A stretch of DNA of 63,881 bases, the filler included, from Intoshia linei (lineage: Eukaryota > Animalia > Orthonectida), in assembly GCA_001642005.1 (NCBI GenBank). It is 4 parts of 4 records of this genome, joined end to end, with 100 filler letters (N's around TTAATTAATTAA, not from the genome) between each part and the next. Parts side by side here need not be neighbours in the genome. Positions count along the whole stretch, not along the records: positions 33,231 to 63,881 come from LWCA01000355.1; 3 more parts are not named here. One strand, 5' to 3'. Every line of letters starts with the position of its first letter. Positions within the stretch are counted from its first letter, which is position 1. A program made the position numbers and the translations under genes. Below the pieces are notes generated by a model that was not told where the DNA came from, ran no database searches, and saw only the letters and a list, made by a program, of their open reading frames with translations. Below, one piece after another: positions 42,918-60,868 of the stretch.

Positions 42918-44753
42918 TTATTTATAATTATTCCTATCGTATAATCTTCCATAACCGCCTCTATCCGTATCATTATCGTGTCTGTACTCATCACGAACCT
43001 AGACAATATTTTATAATGGTATTATAAATTTTACCTGACCACCCGATTTTCCACGTCCGTATTGACGACCATTTTCAAAACCAGTGTCCCAATCTGTACG
43101 AATGACTCGGTCGTCTAATCTCGTTCCATTGATATATTTGTGACACATTTCTGCAGCTTCTCTAGTGTAATATCTAAATTAAGTTGACTCGATTTTTTAA
43201 ATGTTTAAAATTACTCTACAAATGCGAAACCGCACGGAGTTTTTTTGAATCTGTCTATTCCAACGATTATTCTTTTGATATCACCTGCAGTCGAAAAAAG
43301 TGCATGAATTTGAAATTCGTCCGAATAGAATGATAAGTTTCCGACATACAGAGTTACAGATGTCATTAAAAGGTGTTTTCGGTTGTCTGCATTACCCTAC
43401 AAATATAATTACAAATGAACACTTATTTATTCGGTAGATAACGTCAAGTCATTTCCATTTGACATTTTTTGGATCATTTCAAAATTATACCAAAAAATGA
43501 TTATTTCGTTTGTTTGAAATAAAATATAAAAATAGATTTACAGTTACAGTGTATCTCAATCGGTGCGACCCGCGAAACCTTGAAAACGAGCTATATACCA
43601 TTTCACAAAAGGTGAATTACATTAGATTTTCTTGTTTTTTTACAGAAACAAATTTTTGTATTAAATTTTCTGTTTTTCCTTGCAAATTCGTATACTATAG
43701 TCAAGATTGTTAGTAGGCACTCAACAAATTTAAAATTTGTACTATTTCGTATTTTCTTGTGCGCCCAAAGGAAGAAAGATTGATAAGCACGTAGTTAGAA
43801 TCTAATTAGATTCTAAACTTTTAATAACTCATTGATCTATCATACATAAAAACACTATGCTAAGTCACATTATAACACTGTTCAACAAAATGCAACATTC
43901 TTTCGACCTCCAGGGATATTTTTGTTTAGACCGATAAATAAATTAATTTAATTTATATTAATTCGTTTTACATATAATAAACAGTTAAATATTACTAAAT
44001 AATTATATATATTAACTGTATATTATATTAATATATTATTATAATAATTATATATTATTAAATAATACTTCCATGATGTTCAACCTTATCCCATACTCAA
44101 AAACACGAATTTCAAATGAAAACCAGGAAAAAATTAGCTTGCCTCCATACATACCATATTCCCAGGACGACCTTCTAAATTTTATTTTTTTAATATAATA
44201 ACGAACTCACTTAAAAGTAAATTTATCTTAATAAGTGATAAATGCACCAACAGTACTCATTGGGCAAATTTTTAATCAATTTATTACGTTTTTCATCAAA
44301 ATTTGTTAAAGTTGCCTAGTAATATCGCTTTAATGGTCCGAGATAAATTTTGTAATTTATTACCGATCCGCCATGAAAAAAGTATGGGAACCCCTGGTAT
44401 ACACATCAATATAATTTTATATTTCTAAATTACGTTTCTAAATATTATACGAATTGTTTCGGTCACCATCATATAACAATTATTTTTAAAGGCAGGTCAG
44501 TTAGAGTTCAACATTTGCCTCTTGTAATTCCTGATTATGGTCAAATTTTGAAAATTCTACGCGTACCCGTTGGACGGCTCTAATGTTAGAACAACGACAC
44601 ACATAATAAGGTAGATTCAACCTCAATCAAAATGCTCCATAGTGAAAATCACTGTAAATAATTAAAAATATAAAATACTTTAAACATTTGATCTGAATAT
44701 TCGGTAATACCATCCACACTGTTTCTCCTCATTTGTTGATATGTTCTCTTCAT
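42918..44753 (-). CDS. NCBP2: Nuclear cap-binding protein subunit 2 (CBP20)
   Basis: Exon 1 at 44753-44679 (..[10 protein letters not shown]), then [21 protein letters not shown] and [27 protein letters not shown]; absent from the ORF track. Confidence 0.95.
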
Positions 44754-45060
44754 TTTATATTTTCAATACTAAAAACAAAATTTGAATTAAAGATAAAGTT
44801 TGCATATATTTAGTAAATTGTTCCATTTCTAAGGTGATTTTTTTTATTTCGAAAAAATATTAAAAATTGATAAATCAATAATAATTTCATTTAATTAAAT
44901 TCCACCAGCCAGTCACTAATTTTAATAAATTTAATTTTTCGATGATTAAATCTCAAATAAAAAAAAATAATATTAAAATTTTACCATGTCGTTATAGTGA
45001 CGTATCATTAAAATATAAATAAATACATTTTGAAATTAAATTTATATTATCGGCGACAAT

Positions 45061-48000
45061 ATGGATAAAGACGGTATGTTTCATATTTAAAGATATGTCA
45101 TTTGGATTGTATGTGTTTTTTGGTGTATTGCGTTTATTTGCTGTTTAAATTGATAAATTTGACTTATCTTTTCCTATATTATTTTTACTATTTATTTTAG
45201 ACATAATCATGGATCAAGATGAAATAACACCGGATACATGGCAAGAAGCATGTTGGGTGGTTATAAGTTCATATTTTGATGAGAAGGGTTTGGTGCGACA
45301 ACAGTTGGATTCGTTTGACGAGTTCATACAAATGTCTGTACAAAGAATTATTGAAGAATCTAAACCCATAAAATTGGTTCAAGAAGATCAACATAAACTG
45401 GTAGATGATGTTGTTCCAGTATATTTATCTTTGAAAAACGTTAATTCTAAATTTAGACTGAATACGAAATAAAATGTGGACAAATATACTTATCTAAACC
45501 TACCCATTGGGAAAAAGAAGGAGAATCGAATGCTCTAATGCCGAACGTGGCTAGATTAAGAAATTTGTCTTACTCGGCGCCATTGTATATTGATATGACA
45601 CAAACAACATTTGTTACTGATGAGGAACCTCAAGTTCAAAATTACCCAAAAATATTTATTGGCCGAATTCCAATAATGCTTCGTTCGTCATATTGCACTT
45701 TGACCAATTACGACACTAATGAATTGACTGAATTGGGCGAATGTCCTCTCGACCCAGGTGGTTATTTTATTATAAATGGATCCGAAAAGGTTATAGTTGC
45801 TCAAGAACGCATGGCCGCCAACAACGTTTACGTGTTTGCTTTAAAAGACCAAAAATTTACTCACAGAGCAGAAATAAGATCTCACATTGAAAATTCAACT
45901 CGTTCAAGTACCACATTTCAACTAAATTTAACACCTAAAGTAAAAAAAACTGGAAAAAATATAAATAATCTAACTGCTATTGGAGAACGAATTTTATGTT
46001 CTATGCCCTTTATTAATGCCGACATTCCAATTATTGTTTTGTTTAGAGCTTTGGGTTTTGTTTCCGATAGAGACATTATGGAGCATATGATTTATGATTT
46101 TGGAGATCAAGAATTGGTTGAAATGTGTAAACCTTCTTTTGATGAAGCTTTTGTTATCCAAGACCAGGAAATTGCTTTGAGCTTTATTGGTGCCAGAGGG
46201 GCAAAACCAGGTGTAACCAAAGAAAAAAGAATACGGTATGCTAGGGAAATTATACAAAGAGAATTATTGATTCATCTTGGGACAGGAAAATTTTGTGAAA
46301 CGAAAAAAGCTTATTTTGTTGGGTACATGATTCACAGGTTACTTCAGGCTGCTTTGGGAAGAAGAGAGTGTGACGATCGAGATCATTATGGAAATAAACG
46401 GTTGGACTTGGCTGGGCCGCTTTTAGCATATTTGTTTAGAGGCCTTTTTAAAAATCTGTTAAAGGAGGTAAAAATGTACGCTCAGAAATTTATTGATAAG
46501 GGAAAATTATTTAAATTGGACTGCGCGGTAAAAACCAAATTAATTACGGATGGTCTAAGATATTCGCTTGCAACCGGTAATTGGGGCGAACAAAAGAAAG
46601 CTCATACTGCTCGCGCTGGTGTTTCACAGGTTTTAAACAGACTTACATATGTTTCCACCATTTCTCACTTGAGAAGGTTAAATTCTCCTATTGGAAGAGA
46701 CAGTAAATTGTCTAGACCTAGACAACTACATAATACGCATTGGGGTATGATTTGCCCCGCCGAAACACCAGAAGGACAAGCCGTGGGACTCGTGAAAAAT
46801 TTAGCTTTGATGGCTTATATTAGTGTTGGATCTCAACCTCAACCAATATTAGAGTTTTTGGAAGAATGGAGTATGGAAAATTTAGAAGAAATGGTTCCTT
46901 CGTCAATATCTAAAGCTACCAAAATATTTGTAAATGGATGTTGGGTTGGAATTCATAGAGATCCATATCATATTATGTTGACGTTAAGAAAATTGAGACG
47001 TCAAATGGATGTAATTATTTCTGAAGTTTCAGTATTGCGCGATATTTCTGAGAGAGAAATTAGAATTTACACTGATGCAGGGCGTATTTGCCGTCCACTG
47101 TTAATTGTAGAGAATCAAAAGTTACTATTGCGAAAATCTCACGTTCAACAATTAAAACAAAGACAATTATCTAACTTCGGGTGGCAGGAATTACTGGCAA
47201 GTGGTGTAGTTGAATATTTGGACCCCATGGAAGAAGAAACTTCCATGATTGCAATGACTCCAGATGATTTACAATCATCCTCTCAATATTGCAATTCTTA
47301 TACTCATTGTGAAATTCACCCGTCAATGATATTGGGAGTATGTGCTTCTATTATTCCTTTCCCAGATCACAATCAATCTCCACGTAATACATATCAATCT
47401 GCCATGGGTAAACAAGCTATGGGAATTTATTGTACCAATTTTCAGAGACGATTAGATACTTTAGCAAATGTGTTGTGGTACCCTCAAAAACCTCTTGTAC
47501 AGACCAGGTCACTCGATTATCTTAGATTCAGAGAATTACCTGCTGGTATAAACGCTATTGTGGCTATTGCTTCATATACTGGCTATAACCAGGAAGACTC
47601 TATTATCATGAACGAATCTGCAATTGATCGTGGTTTTTTTAGGTCTATATTCTATAGGTCTTATTCTGATGCAGAAAAAAGAACATATGACCAAGTTGAG
47701 ACTATTGAAAAACCAAACAAAACTACCGTATTAGGTATGAGGAACATGCACTACGAAAAACTCGAACAAGACGGTATTATTGCGGCCGGTGTACGGGTCA
47801 ATGGAGACGATGTTCTTATTGGAAAAACGGTCACAATGACAGAATCTGATTTAGCTACCGAACGGGATGCCAAATTTAAAAAAATATCTAAACGAGACGC
47901 ATCAGTGTTTATGAGACGAACTGAAACCGGAACAGTAGATCAAGTAATGATTAGTGAAAATGAAGAGGGTGCCAAGTTTTGCAAGCTTAGGGTTCGTCAG

Positions 48001-48787
48001 ATAAAAACACCTCAAATTGGAGACAAGTTCGCTTCAAGGCACGGTCAGAAAGGTACATGCGGAATGAGGTATCGACATGAAGATTTACCCTTTACAGCGG
48101 AAGGTATCGTACCAGACATAATCATTAACCCTCACGCAATTCCATCGAGAATGACAATTGGACATTTGATTGAATGTTTGCAAGGGAAGGTTAGTGCTCT
48201 AATGGGAGAAGTTGGTGATGCAACTCCGTTTAACGATACTGTCAACGTACAAAAAATATCTGCTCTATTGGCTGATTTTGATTACCATCTCAGAGGAAAC
48301 GAAGTAATGTATAATGGTTTCACTGGACGAAAAATAGTTTCTCAAATATTTATTGGGCCCACTTATTATCAACGTTTAAAACACATGGTCGATGACAAAA
48401 TTCACTCTCGAGCTAGAGGTCCTGTTCAAATTTTAAATCGTCAGCCTATGGAAGGTCGAAGCAGAGACGGTGGTCTAAGATTCGGAGAAATGGAACGTGA
48501 TTGTCAAATTGCTCATGGAGCAGCTTCATTTTTACGAGAAAGATTATTGACTGTATCAGACCCATACAAAGTTCATATATGTGATATATGCGGTTTAATA
48601 GCTGTAGCAAATCTAAGAACCAACACTTACCAATGCAAATCATGCCAAAAAACAGAGGTTTTATTTTTTGTAAATTATTTAATTCATGTTTTAGGTATCC
48701 CAAGTATCCCTACCCTATGCTTGTAAATTATTGTTCCAAGAACTAATGTCAATGAATATTTCTCCAAGAATAATGACAAACTGTTAA
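45061..48787 (+). CDS. POLR2B: RNA polymerase II second-largest subunit
   Basis: [38 protein letters not shown] and [10 protein letters not shown]; last exon 48695-48787 encodes [14 protein letters not shown]. Confidence 0.99.
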
Positions 48788-48810
48788 ATTTTATTTCCAA
48801 TGTATAAATA

Positions 48811-52310
<3,500 letters not shown>

Positions 52311-52717
52311 AATATGATAATGTGACGCGAGCGATAAATTAATAAAAATAAAATGACCTATAATAAAGTTTAGATTATATTAAATATTAAATTAAATTTA
52401 TTGTCATTTAAAATTTTTAACTATTTAAATATTTAAATTTATTTTTTTAATTCTATTAATAAACGGTTTTATCTATTTAAAGTTTAATATTTTTTATTCA
52501 TTTATGATTATTATCTCACGTTATTGGTGCAAACCAATTAATATTATAAAGAGTCGTTAAAAGCAATTTGATTTTTTAAGAATTAATAAACTAAAATTAA
52601 ACGTATTACCTACACGACAAAGATATAAAATGCGTTATATGGAAATAAATTACATATTTATATATTTGATGTGATTCCGCTAATTAACGGCATTAATCTG
52701 ACTAGTTAACTTTAAAT

Positions 52718-55700
52718 ATGTCAGTATTCAGAGGAAAAGAAAAAAGTGAACCTCTTGATGGATCAGATAAAAACGAAAAAGGCGGATTGATCATTAAAAA
52801 GAAAAATGATATTAAACCAACCATTACCAATTCTATATATGGTTTAGATGTTAAAGCGGCTAAAATCAGGGAAGAAAAGAAGAATTTAGAGTTGTAAATT
52901 TATTTATTTTTTAATTTTCGTTTAGTCATCGCATTTATCGACAAAATACTAGTAGAGTACAGACACCTAAAGATGAAAATACTGTAAATATTAAAATTCA
53001 TAAGAGAGAACACAATCGAGGTCTAATTTATACGTCTGGTACTTCTAAATCGGAAAATGTTAATGATTCCCAAAACCTTATATCTAACTGGGAAAATATT
53101 TTACCAATGAAACGTTTCAGGAGAAAAAAATATCAAAATACACCTACTCATAATTACAATGTCTGGATGAATGACCACAAAAAATTACCACAAACTCCAT
53201 CTAATGAAACTAGTATACTTTTATTTTATCTCATACTATTAGAATTATTATTTATGATTTTCGGTGGAGGGGGTCGAGCATGGTAGTTTCGGATCTAATT
53301 TCAAAAAGTTAAAAAAATATACCTGATTACATTGTATTTGATAAAATTGAATTTTTTTTATGATTGGGTTGAAATGAATCATTTTCATGAGTTGTTAAAA
53401 ATGAAATTAGTCATTTGAGATTTTATAAAATTGAAAATTTACATTTGGTTTGACAGGAAATTTTTTGGCACTATTTAGTACTACAGCGACAATGAACGTT
53501 ATGGTGTTTGTTTATGGATGTTTTTGTAGGATGCTAACTAATTAATTTAATAGATAAAATGAAAGACGAAGAGTGGGAGGAAGCTGAAAGAGATTTGGAC
53601 CGAGATTGGTATCATATGGATGCTGGATATGATGAAAATCACAACCCATTTTCGAACACATCACAAGATTATAATCAAAAAAAGGAACGTGAAATGGAAG
53701 AAAAACGAATTAAACGAGCTTCGGCTCGCTCTAGGCAATTTCAAAAGGTTATTTTATTATTATTGATTATGATTCCTTAAAACGAACAATTATGTCATTC
53801 TGTAGACTTAAATTTTCTTTGGAGCATTTTGAATCGTCAGGATAAATTTGAAAAATGATAAAATTCGTTTCTTACAATACTGTTTCGAAAAGACCAATTT
53901 ACAGATTAATTTATTCATTAATTTTTCAGATAAATAATTTTACATTAAAAATAATAAATAATAATTTAAAATTAAAATTAAAATATTGTTTTCATTATTT
54001 TTTTTGAAAATATTTAAAATTTTTGTAAATAAGTCGAAAGTTTAATACTTAATAATTAGATGTTAATAGAAGTTAAGAAAATCTAAATAATGAAAAAATG
54101 TTTATCAATTTATCCGCCCAGTTGAAGACCCCTGGTTAAAATGAAATAGAATTTGAGTCTTTAATTATTTTATGGAATTTTTATGCATTTTTTTCTATAT
54201 AATATATATCTAAACTTGTATTTTTTCCTTAAAGGTTGGTAAAATTAGGTTTTTTCTTTTGGGATCAGATAGAGGAATTTTTGATCTAAAATTTTGGTTT
54301 TTTCTCATAAGATTTTATTAAATTGGATATTGAATGAAATATGCTAAAAATTTTTCATTCATCCCATGAGAAGCACTGATTTAAGTCAAGTTTATTCTAA
54401 ATTAGAATTTACTAAATTTACTAAATCTGGCATTTGAAAATTTTGATTGTAGCGGAAAGTAGGTTAATTTAAAAATTTGCGAGTGAACCGGCAAAATTGT
54501 TAAATTTCATTATTTTAGCCTCGTCCCGGTTTACATAACCTCCAAATACTAATTTTTTAACATTTAATATTTTTGGATTTAAATTTTTATAATATTTTCA
54601 GCAAGATATGAGGAGCAGCGACTTGGTATACCACTAATTAATTCTTGATTCAAATAATAAAAATTTCCGCGTATCTGACTTAAAAGTTATCCAGTTCTTT
54701 CTATGCCTCACGTCACGAATCGATACTCATACATCTAGAGGGAATCATATGTGCATTAATTAATTAGTAAGAAAAATTTAAATTTTGATAATATATGTCG
54801 TGTCTCTTTTACTTGAAAATTGTACATAGACTAAGTAAAATCTACAAATTTATCAAATTTTTAGCCCCAACATACTTATTTTTTTTCAATATCACGTATT
54901 AATCCTTTACTTATATAAAATTGAATGTCTGTATATGTTACCGTTTATTTAAAAAATTTAGACGTAAAATTTAAAAAACCCAATTTCTAATACAGTTTTT
55001 CTTAGGACGTGTTTATATCTATTTTTCAGTTTCAGAATTGGATTTCTTCATGGTCAAAAACTCAATTTGCGTTTTTGTTTAAAAATTCAATGAAACGTAC
55101 ATTCTGCAACGCGTTTTAAAATCATTGACATTGTCGTTAATCTCAGCCTCACAAACGCATACCTTCAGGGTCAAAACCACAAATGACACTTTGCTTTAAA
55201 AATGAAACATGTCCTAAAATTTTATAAAACATAAATTATGGGATAGTTTTTAAAATCATAAACATTATCATAAATGGCAACCTTAAAAAAGATCAATTTT
55301 ACCATCAAAACCACAGATTACTTTGTTTTTAAAAATGAAAACAGATCTAGAATTTTAAAAAAAATTACAGATTATACAGTTATATCCTGTTAACGCACAA
55401 AAAATTTTAATCTGACAATGTGACGCCTTCATGGTCAAAAAAGCACTTTAGTATTCATTTTTTTTATTTTGAAACTATTTTATTAAAACAAAAAATTTGA
55501 AATAATTAACGGTCCTACAATTAAAAAAAAATATTATTCTGATACAGCTTATTCGACTTGATATAAATACAAAATTTCAACCCGAGAAATGCACGCATTT
55601 CTGTTATAGATTTTTTGATTGAATTTATTTTCTGGTATAATAATAATGTCCGCCCTCAGTAGAGCTAGGTGCTGTTTGTACGTAGTACATAACAGTTAAA

Positions 55701-58700
55701 TAGTTCAATAATATAATTTTTTTAATGCTCAATTTGAAATAAAAAATGAAACCAGTATTTTACAACAATTGCATCTAGGAACATGAACAGGTTATCGGTA
55801 CGGTATGTTCGGCACTGGTCCTGACTATCTGCCGATCATAGAGAGCCAACAGTGTTCCCGAATGAGATGAAAATTGTCGGGTCCTATGTAAAAATAAAAT
55901 TATACTATTTAGGATAATGAAAGATGGGAAATTAATCGAATGTTAAGATCAGGAGTTGTCCAAAAAACTAAATATGACGACGATTTCGAAGAAACTAATG
56001 CTGCTAAAGTGCACTTACTTGTTCGTCAAATTGTTCCACCATTTTTGGATAAAAGATTTGTGTTTACTAAACAATCTGAACCAGTTTTACCCATAAAAGA
56101 CGAAACGTGTGATTTTGCTGTATTAGCTCGAAAAGGGAGTGCACTTGTAAAAAGAAGAAGACTTGAAAAGGATCGAAAAAATGCGCAGGAAAAACACTGG
56201 AAATTATCTGGTAGTAAAATGGGTAATCTATTGGGAGTGGAGAAAGAAAAGGATGATAAAGTTGAAACCATCGAAGAAATTAAAGATTCCAAGAAATATG
56301 CGGATATGTTTAGCAATACTGAAGCAGCATCTAAATTTACTAAACAAAAATCTATCAAAGCTCAAAGATACGCACTTCCAATTTTCACTTGTAGACAAGA
56401 GTTGTTGACAATATTGCGAGAAAACAGTGTAATTATTATTGTTGGAGAGACTGGTTCCGGTAAGACGACACAACTTACTCAATACTTATACGAAGAAGGA
56501 TATGGAAACCGCGGAATAATTGGATGTACACAACCTCGTCGTGTAGCCGCCATGTCTGTAGCTAAAAGAGTTTCAGATGAAGTTGATTGTAAATTGGGTG
56601 AAACTGTAGGATACGCCATTCGTTTTGAAACGTGCACCAGTGAAAAAACTAAAATAAAATACATGACGGATGGTATCCTTCTAAGAGAATTGCTCAACGA
56701 CTCTGAAATCGATAAATATTCGGTTATTATTATGGACGAAGCTCATGAACGTAGTTTGAACACTGACGTTCTTTTCGGTCTATTGAGAGGTGTTGTGGCA
56801 AGACGTAATGATTTAAAATTGATTGTGACTTCTGCTACAATGGAGTCATCTAAATTTTCAGATTTTTTCGGCAATATCCCAATTTTTAACATACCTGGTA
56901 GAACATTCAAAGTTGATGTTTTTTATAGCAAAATACCTGTTGATGATTACGTCGAAGCTTCAATTAAACAGGCAATTCAATGCCATCTTGGCGGAATGCC
57001 TGGAGATATACTTATATTTATGCCAGGTCAAGAAGACATTGAAACTACGTGTGATGCTATCGAAGAAAGATTGGCCAATTTAGAGGATGCGGAACCTCTT
57101 ATGGTCTTACCCATTTTCTCGCAATTACCTAGCGATTTACAAGCTAAAATATTTCATTCGTCTGCAAATGGCATTAGAAAATGTGTTGTTGCCACCAACA
57201 TTGCTGAAACTTCTCTGACCATAGATGGTATACAAACTGTGATAGATTCAGGATTTTGCAAATTAAAGTTGTATAACCCTAAAATTGGTATGGATTCGTT
57301 GCAACTTTTTCCCATTAGCCAAGCCAATTGTAATCAAAGGTCTGGTCGAGCTGGTAGAACTGCTCCCGGCGTCGCTTTTCGAATGTACACAAATCGTCAA
57401 TATAGAGATGAGCTTTTAGAATCCACCGTCCCAGAGATCCAACGTACCAATTTATCAAATGTTGTTTTGCTATTGAAGTCTCTAGGTGTAAGAGACTTGT
57501 TAAAGTTTCATTTTATGGACCCTCCACCAAAAGACACTATTCTTAATTCAATGTATCATTTATGGGTTATTGGAGCACTGGATAATACTGGCAGTATTAC
57601 TCCTCTGGGTAGGAGACTTGCAGAGTTTCCATTAGATCCTTGCATGTCTAAATTACTGGTTGTTGGGTTTGAATTGCGGTGTGGTGAAGAAGTATTGACC
57701 ATTGTAAGTATGTTATCCGTTCCAGCAATTTTTTATCGGCCGAAGGGTCGCGAAGAAGACTCAGATATTGCTCGAGAAAGGCTTCAGGTTGGTATTTTTA
57801 AATAATTATCTTTTAAGTCATGTTTCATAGATTCCGGAAAGTGATCATTTGACGTATTTAAATGTTTACCAAAATTGGGTCAAAAGTGGGTAATTTAAAT
57901 TATAATTGAAAATGTACAGTGTTCTATTGAATTGGTTAATTCTGTAGTTTTCAATTTTCTCATGAATCATGAGCAAAGGTTGTCGATTTGTTCGTATTTT
58001 TACCAGCAAAACAATGCTCGTAAGTTTACTGGTATTAGCAATTTTTTTTAAAAGTATAAATGGAGAGTTTGTAAATTGTAAACTGAATACAATGACGCTT
58101 GTGACTCACAAGTTGTGAGTCTCAAAAATTCTTAATGTTTAGAACTAAGTACTCGAAAAAAGGGATTTTTCTTTCATGGTTGTTAAAATCTTGGTTTTTA
58201 ATTTTGTAAAAGGATAAAAAGTTTTTTCTCATAAGGTGTGGTTAAATTGAATTTTTTATTTTGGAGTTTTATTATTATTTTATTAAAACGTTTTTTTATA
58301 AATATGTAAGAAGGGATTGTTACATAAAGGGCTTGAAACATTGTTTTTTAATTAAATTTTATTAACAGTGGGATTTTTAAAAATATTAATTTTGCTCGTA
58401 ATAAAACCATAAATGCTGGTAACACCTTTGGTCATAAGGATACAGTAAGTAAAGTTTATCTTATGAAGGCGTGGATCCCAAAATTTTATAAAGTCCCACA
58501 TTGACGAACAGGAGAGAGAATATCATATATTGTACGTTGACGTATAACGAAGAAAATGGAATGCAAAACCTGTTAATTTTTTTTATTTAGATTTTCTTCC
58601 CTGTGGTGTAGTAAACATTTTATTCATGTTAAGGCGATGAAAAAAGTTAGGGAAATACGTGAACAATTGAAAGAACTGATTGAAAGCCAAGGTGTAGAAA

Positions 58701-59958
58701 TTGAGACCTGTAAAAATGATTGGGATGTAGTTAGAAAAAGCATTTGTTCAACATATTTTCATCATGGTGCTCGATTAAAGGTTGTTTTCACTTATTGTAT
58801 TTAAAAACTTCTTAAAATATAATAATTTTTGATATAAAAATTCGTTCACACCCCTAATTTACTAAAAATGAATAATCTATATTTAATTATTGAGTCACTT
58901 TCCCAATTTCATTATACAAAAATTGATTATTTCATTATTTTACGCAGTATAATATCTTATTTAGTCTTATATAATTAGTGCTGTTTTTTGGAATTTTTTT
59001 AGACTTATTTATTTAATACTCTCAAAACTAGTTTTAGCGTCTTTCCTGCTGAATTCAAAACATTTCGAGTCACCCTTCCAAAGATAGTTACAATTGGTTA
59101 AATATGCAGAATAAAAAAATAATAATAATTTTCTGTACAATTAATTATAATAATAATAATTTTAGTAATTCCAGTTAAAATTTTTAAATAAAAATGAAAA
59201 TATTTCGCATAACCTAAGTTTGCGCGCTATGTTTTTTTAGTCAATGTCTCTGTAAATCTAAAACTACATTGTGAGTATTTTCAGTGAAATCACAAATTTA
59301 GTTAATAAGACTTTAACAAATATTCAAATCTAGAACCATTAAATCAATTTATCAATCAATCAAAAAAGTGGTCACTACATTTAGTATTAAAAAATTAACT
59401 CTTGATTTATAATATATATTTTTTAGGGTTTAGGCGAGTATATTAATTTAAGAACCGGTATAATTTGTCACATGCACCCAACATCGGCTTTGTATGGTAT
59501 GGGGTATACACCGGATTATGTAATTTACCACGAACTTGTCATGACATCAAAGGTACAAAGATTTAATTAAAAATAAATATACATTTAAGGAATTTATGCA
59601 ATGTGTTACCGCTGTAGATGGATTATGGCTAGCAGAATTTGGTCCAATGTTCTATAGTATCAAAACAGCTTCAAAGACACACCTTGTAAATACATAAAAG
59701 TTTAGAAATGTATATCATTTAGGACCAATACGTTGAAAACAAGCACGAAATGAAAGATATGGAAAATCAACTAAAAGCTTCAATTGAACAATCTGAAATA
59801 TTAGAAAAACAGATGGATGAAAATAAATATAAACCCAAGTAAAACATTTAATTAAAACAAGTTAATTTTTTTATAGAATCAGAGTAACTACTCCTGGGTA
59901 CCGTAAACCTGGAACACCTTTAATACAAAAAAGAATTCGAAGAAACACAGACTTTTAA
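52718..59958 (+). CDS. DHX38: Pre-mRNA splicing DEAH helicase PRP16
   Basis: [46 protein letters not shown] and QRSGRAGR; 3' exons through [14 protein letters not shown] to the stop at 59958. Confidence 0.97.
54903..55703 (+). mobile_element. Helitron-like family copy (about 800 bp) in the DHX38 intron
   Basis: A|TCCTTTACTTATATAAAATTGAATG 5' end; 3' TGTACGTAGTACA hairpin and a degenerate ..ATAG|T end. Confidence 0.75.
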
Positions 59959-60002
59959 TATGTAAATAAATTTTATCAATTTTTAATTACAAATGTATTT
60001 AT

Positions 60003-60449
60003 TTATATACTTGTGCGCCTTCGCCATTGATGAAATAGCAAGGATATTTCAGAGATCAATTGAGTATTTTCTTTTTTCCATATTTCGAGATTGTTGGGTC
60101 TTATTTTAAGAGAGTACTTTCTGTAAAGTTTGATGTATATTACTAGAGCCATTCTGGCAAAAGAATCGTTTTTTACATCAACATATTTATGTTGTCCAAT
60201 TTGTATAAATTTGTCATTAATTTCGACAACTAATACACCAAACAATACCAGCATAAATAAACCGCATCCGAGAATTATTGAAAATATTATAATTTTTACA
60301 CGTTTATAATGGCTTGATTGTTGTTTTTCGCCTAATAATTCAAATTGGAATAGTATTAATGATATTAACATTGGTATGATTAGTATGACTCCAACTACTA
60401 ACAAAATGCAAAGTTTTTTCGGGTAATATAGTTTTGTAAAATAATTCAT
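60003..60449 (-). CDS. Intronless hypothetical two-TM membrane protein
   Basis: 148-aa ORF with two long hydrophobic stretches and a basic C-tail; fits between the flanking genes. Confidence 0.6.
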   Translation of the reverse strand: MNYFTKLYYPKKLCILLVVGVILIIPMLISLILFQFELLGEKQQSSHYKRVKIIIFSIILGCGLFMLVLFGVLVVEINDKFIQIGQHKYVDVKNDSFARMALVIYIKLYRKYSLKIRPNNLEIWKKENTQLISEISLLFHQWRRRTSI

Positions 60450-60868
60450 TTTTATATATTGATTTTTTAATGATCACTACAGATCACAATGACCAACTTT
60501 AAACATACACAATAGAGTAAATTATTGATAATAATAAATCAATCAATCAAAATTGTTGTTGTTTATATTTTCATAAGGAATGATTACAAAAATAAAATTG
60601 AGATTACGTGATTATTTTTTTCATTAAAATTTCTCTTCAAGACTCTTGAATCTTGTATTCATAATCAGAAATTAGCTCAAGAAATATAATTTGTTAATGT
60701 TAATTGTTATTAATTTTTAAAAGTAAACGGATAAATAAATAAATATAATTTTAATCGTAAATGTGATAGTTACCCGGTAACAGCGATATATGAAAAAATC
60801 ACCTAGTGAACATTTACATATTTTAATTTTTATTTATTTAAACGTAAATTAACTTGTTTCAAAGAATC

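Noticed and set aside
43400-43480. Apparent missing start of NCBP2, suggesting a pseudogene or non-AUG start
   Set aside because: Resolved by a canonical exon 1 at 44753-44679 across a TE-containing intron.
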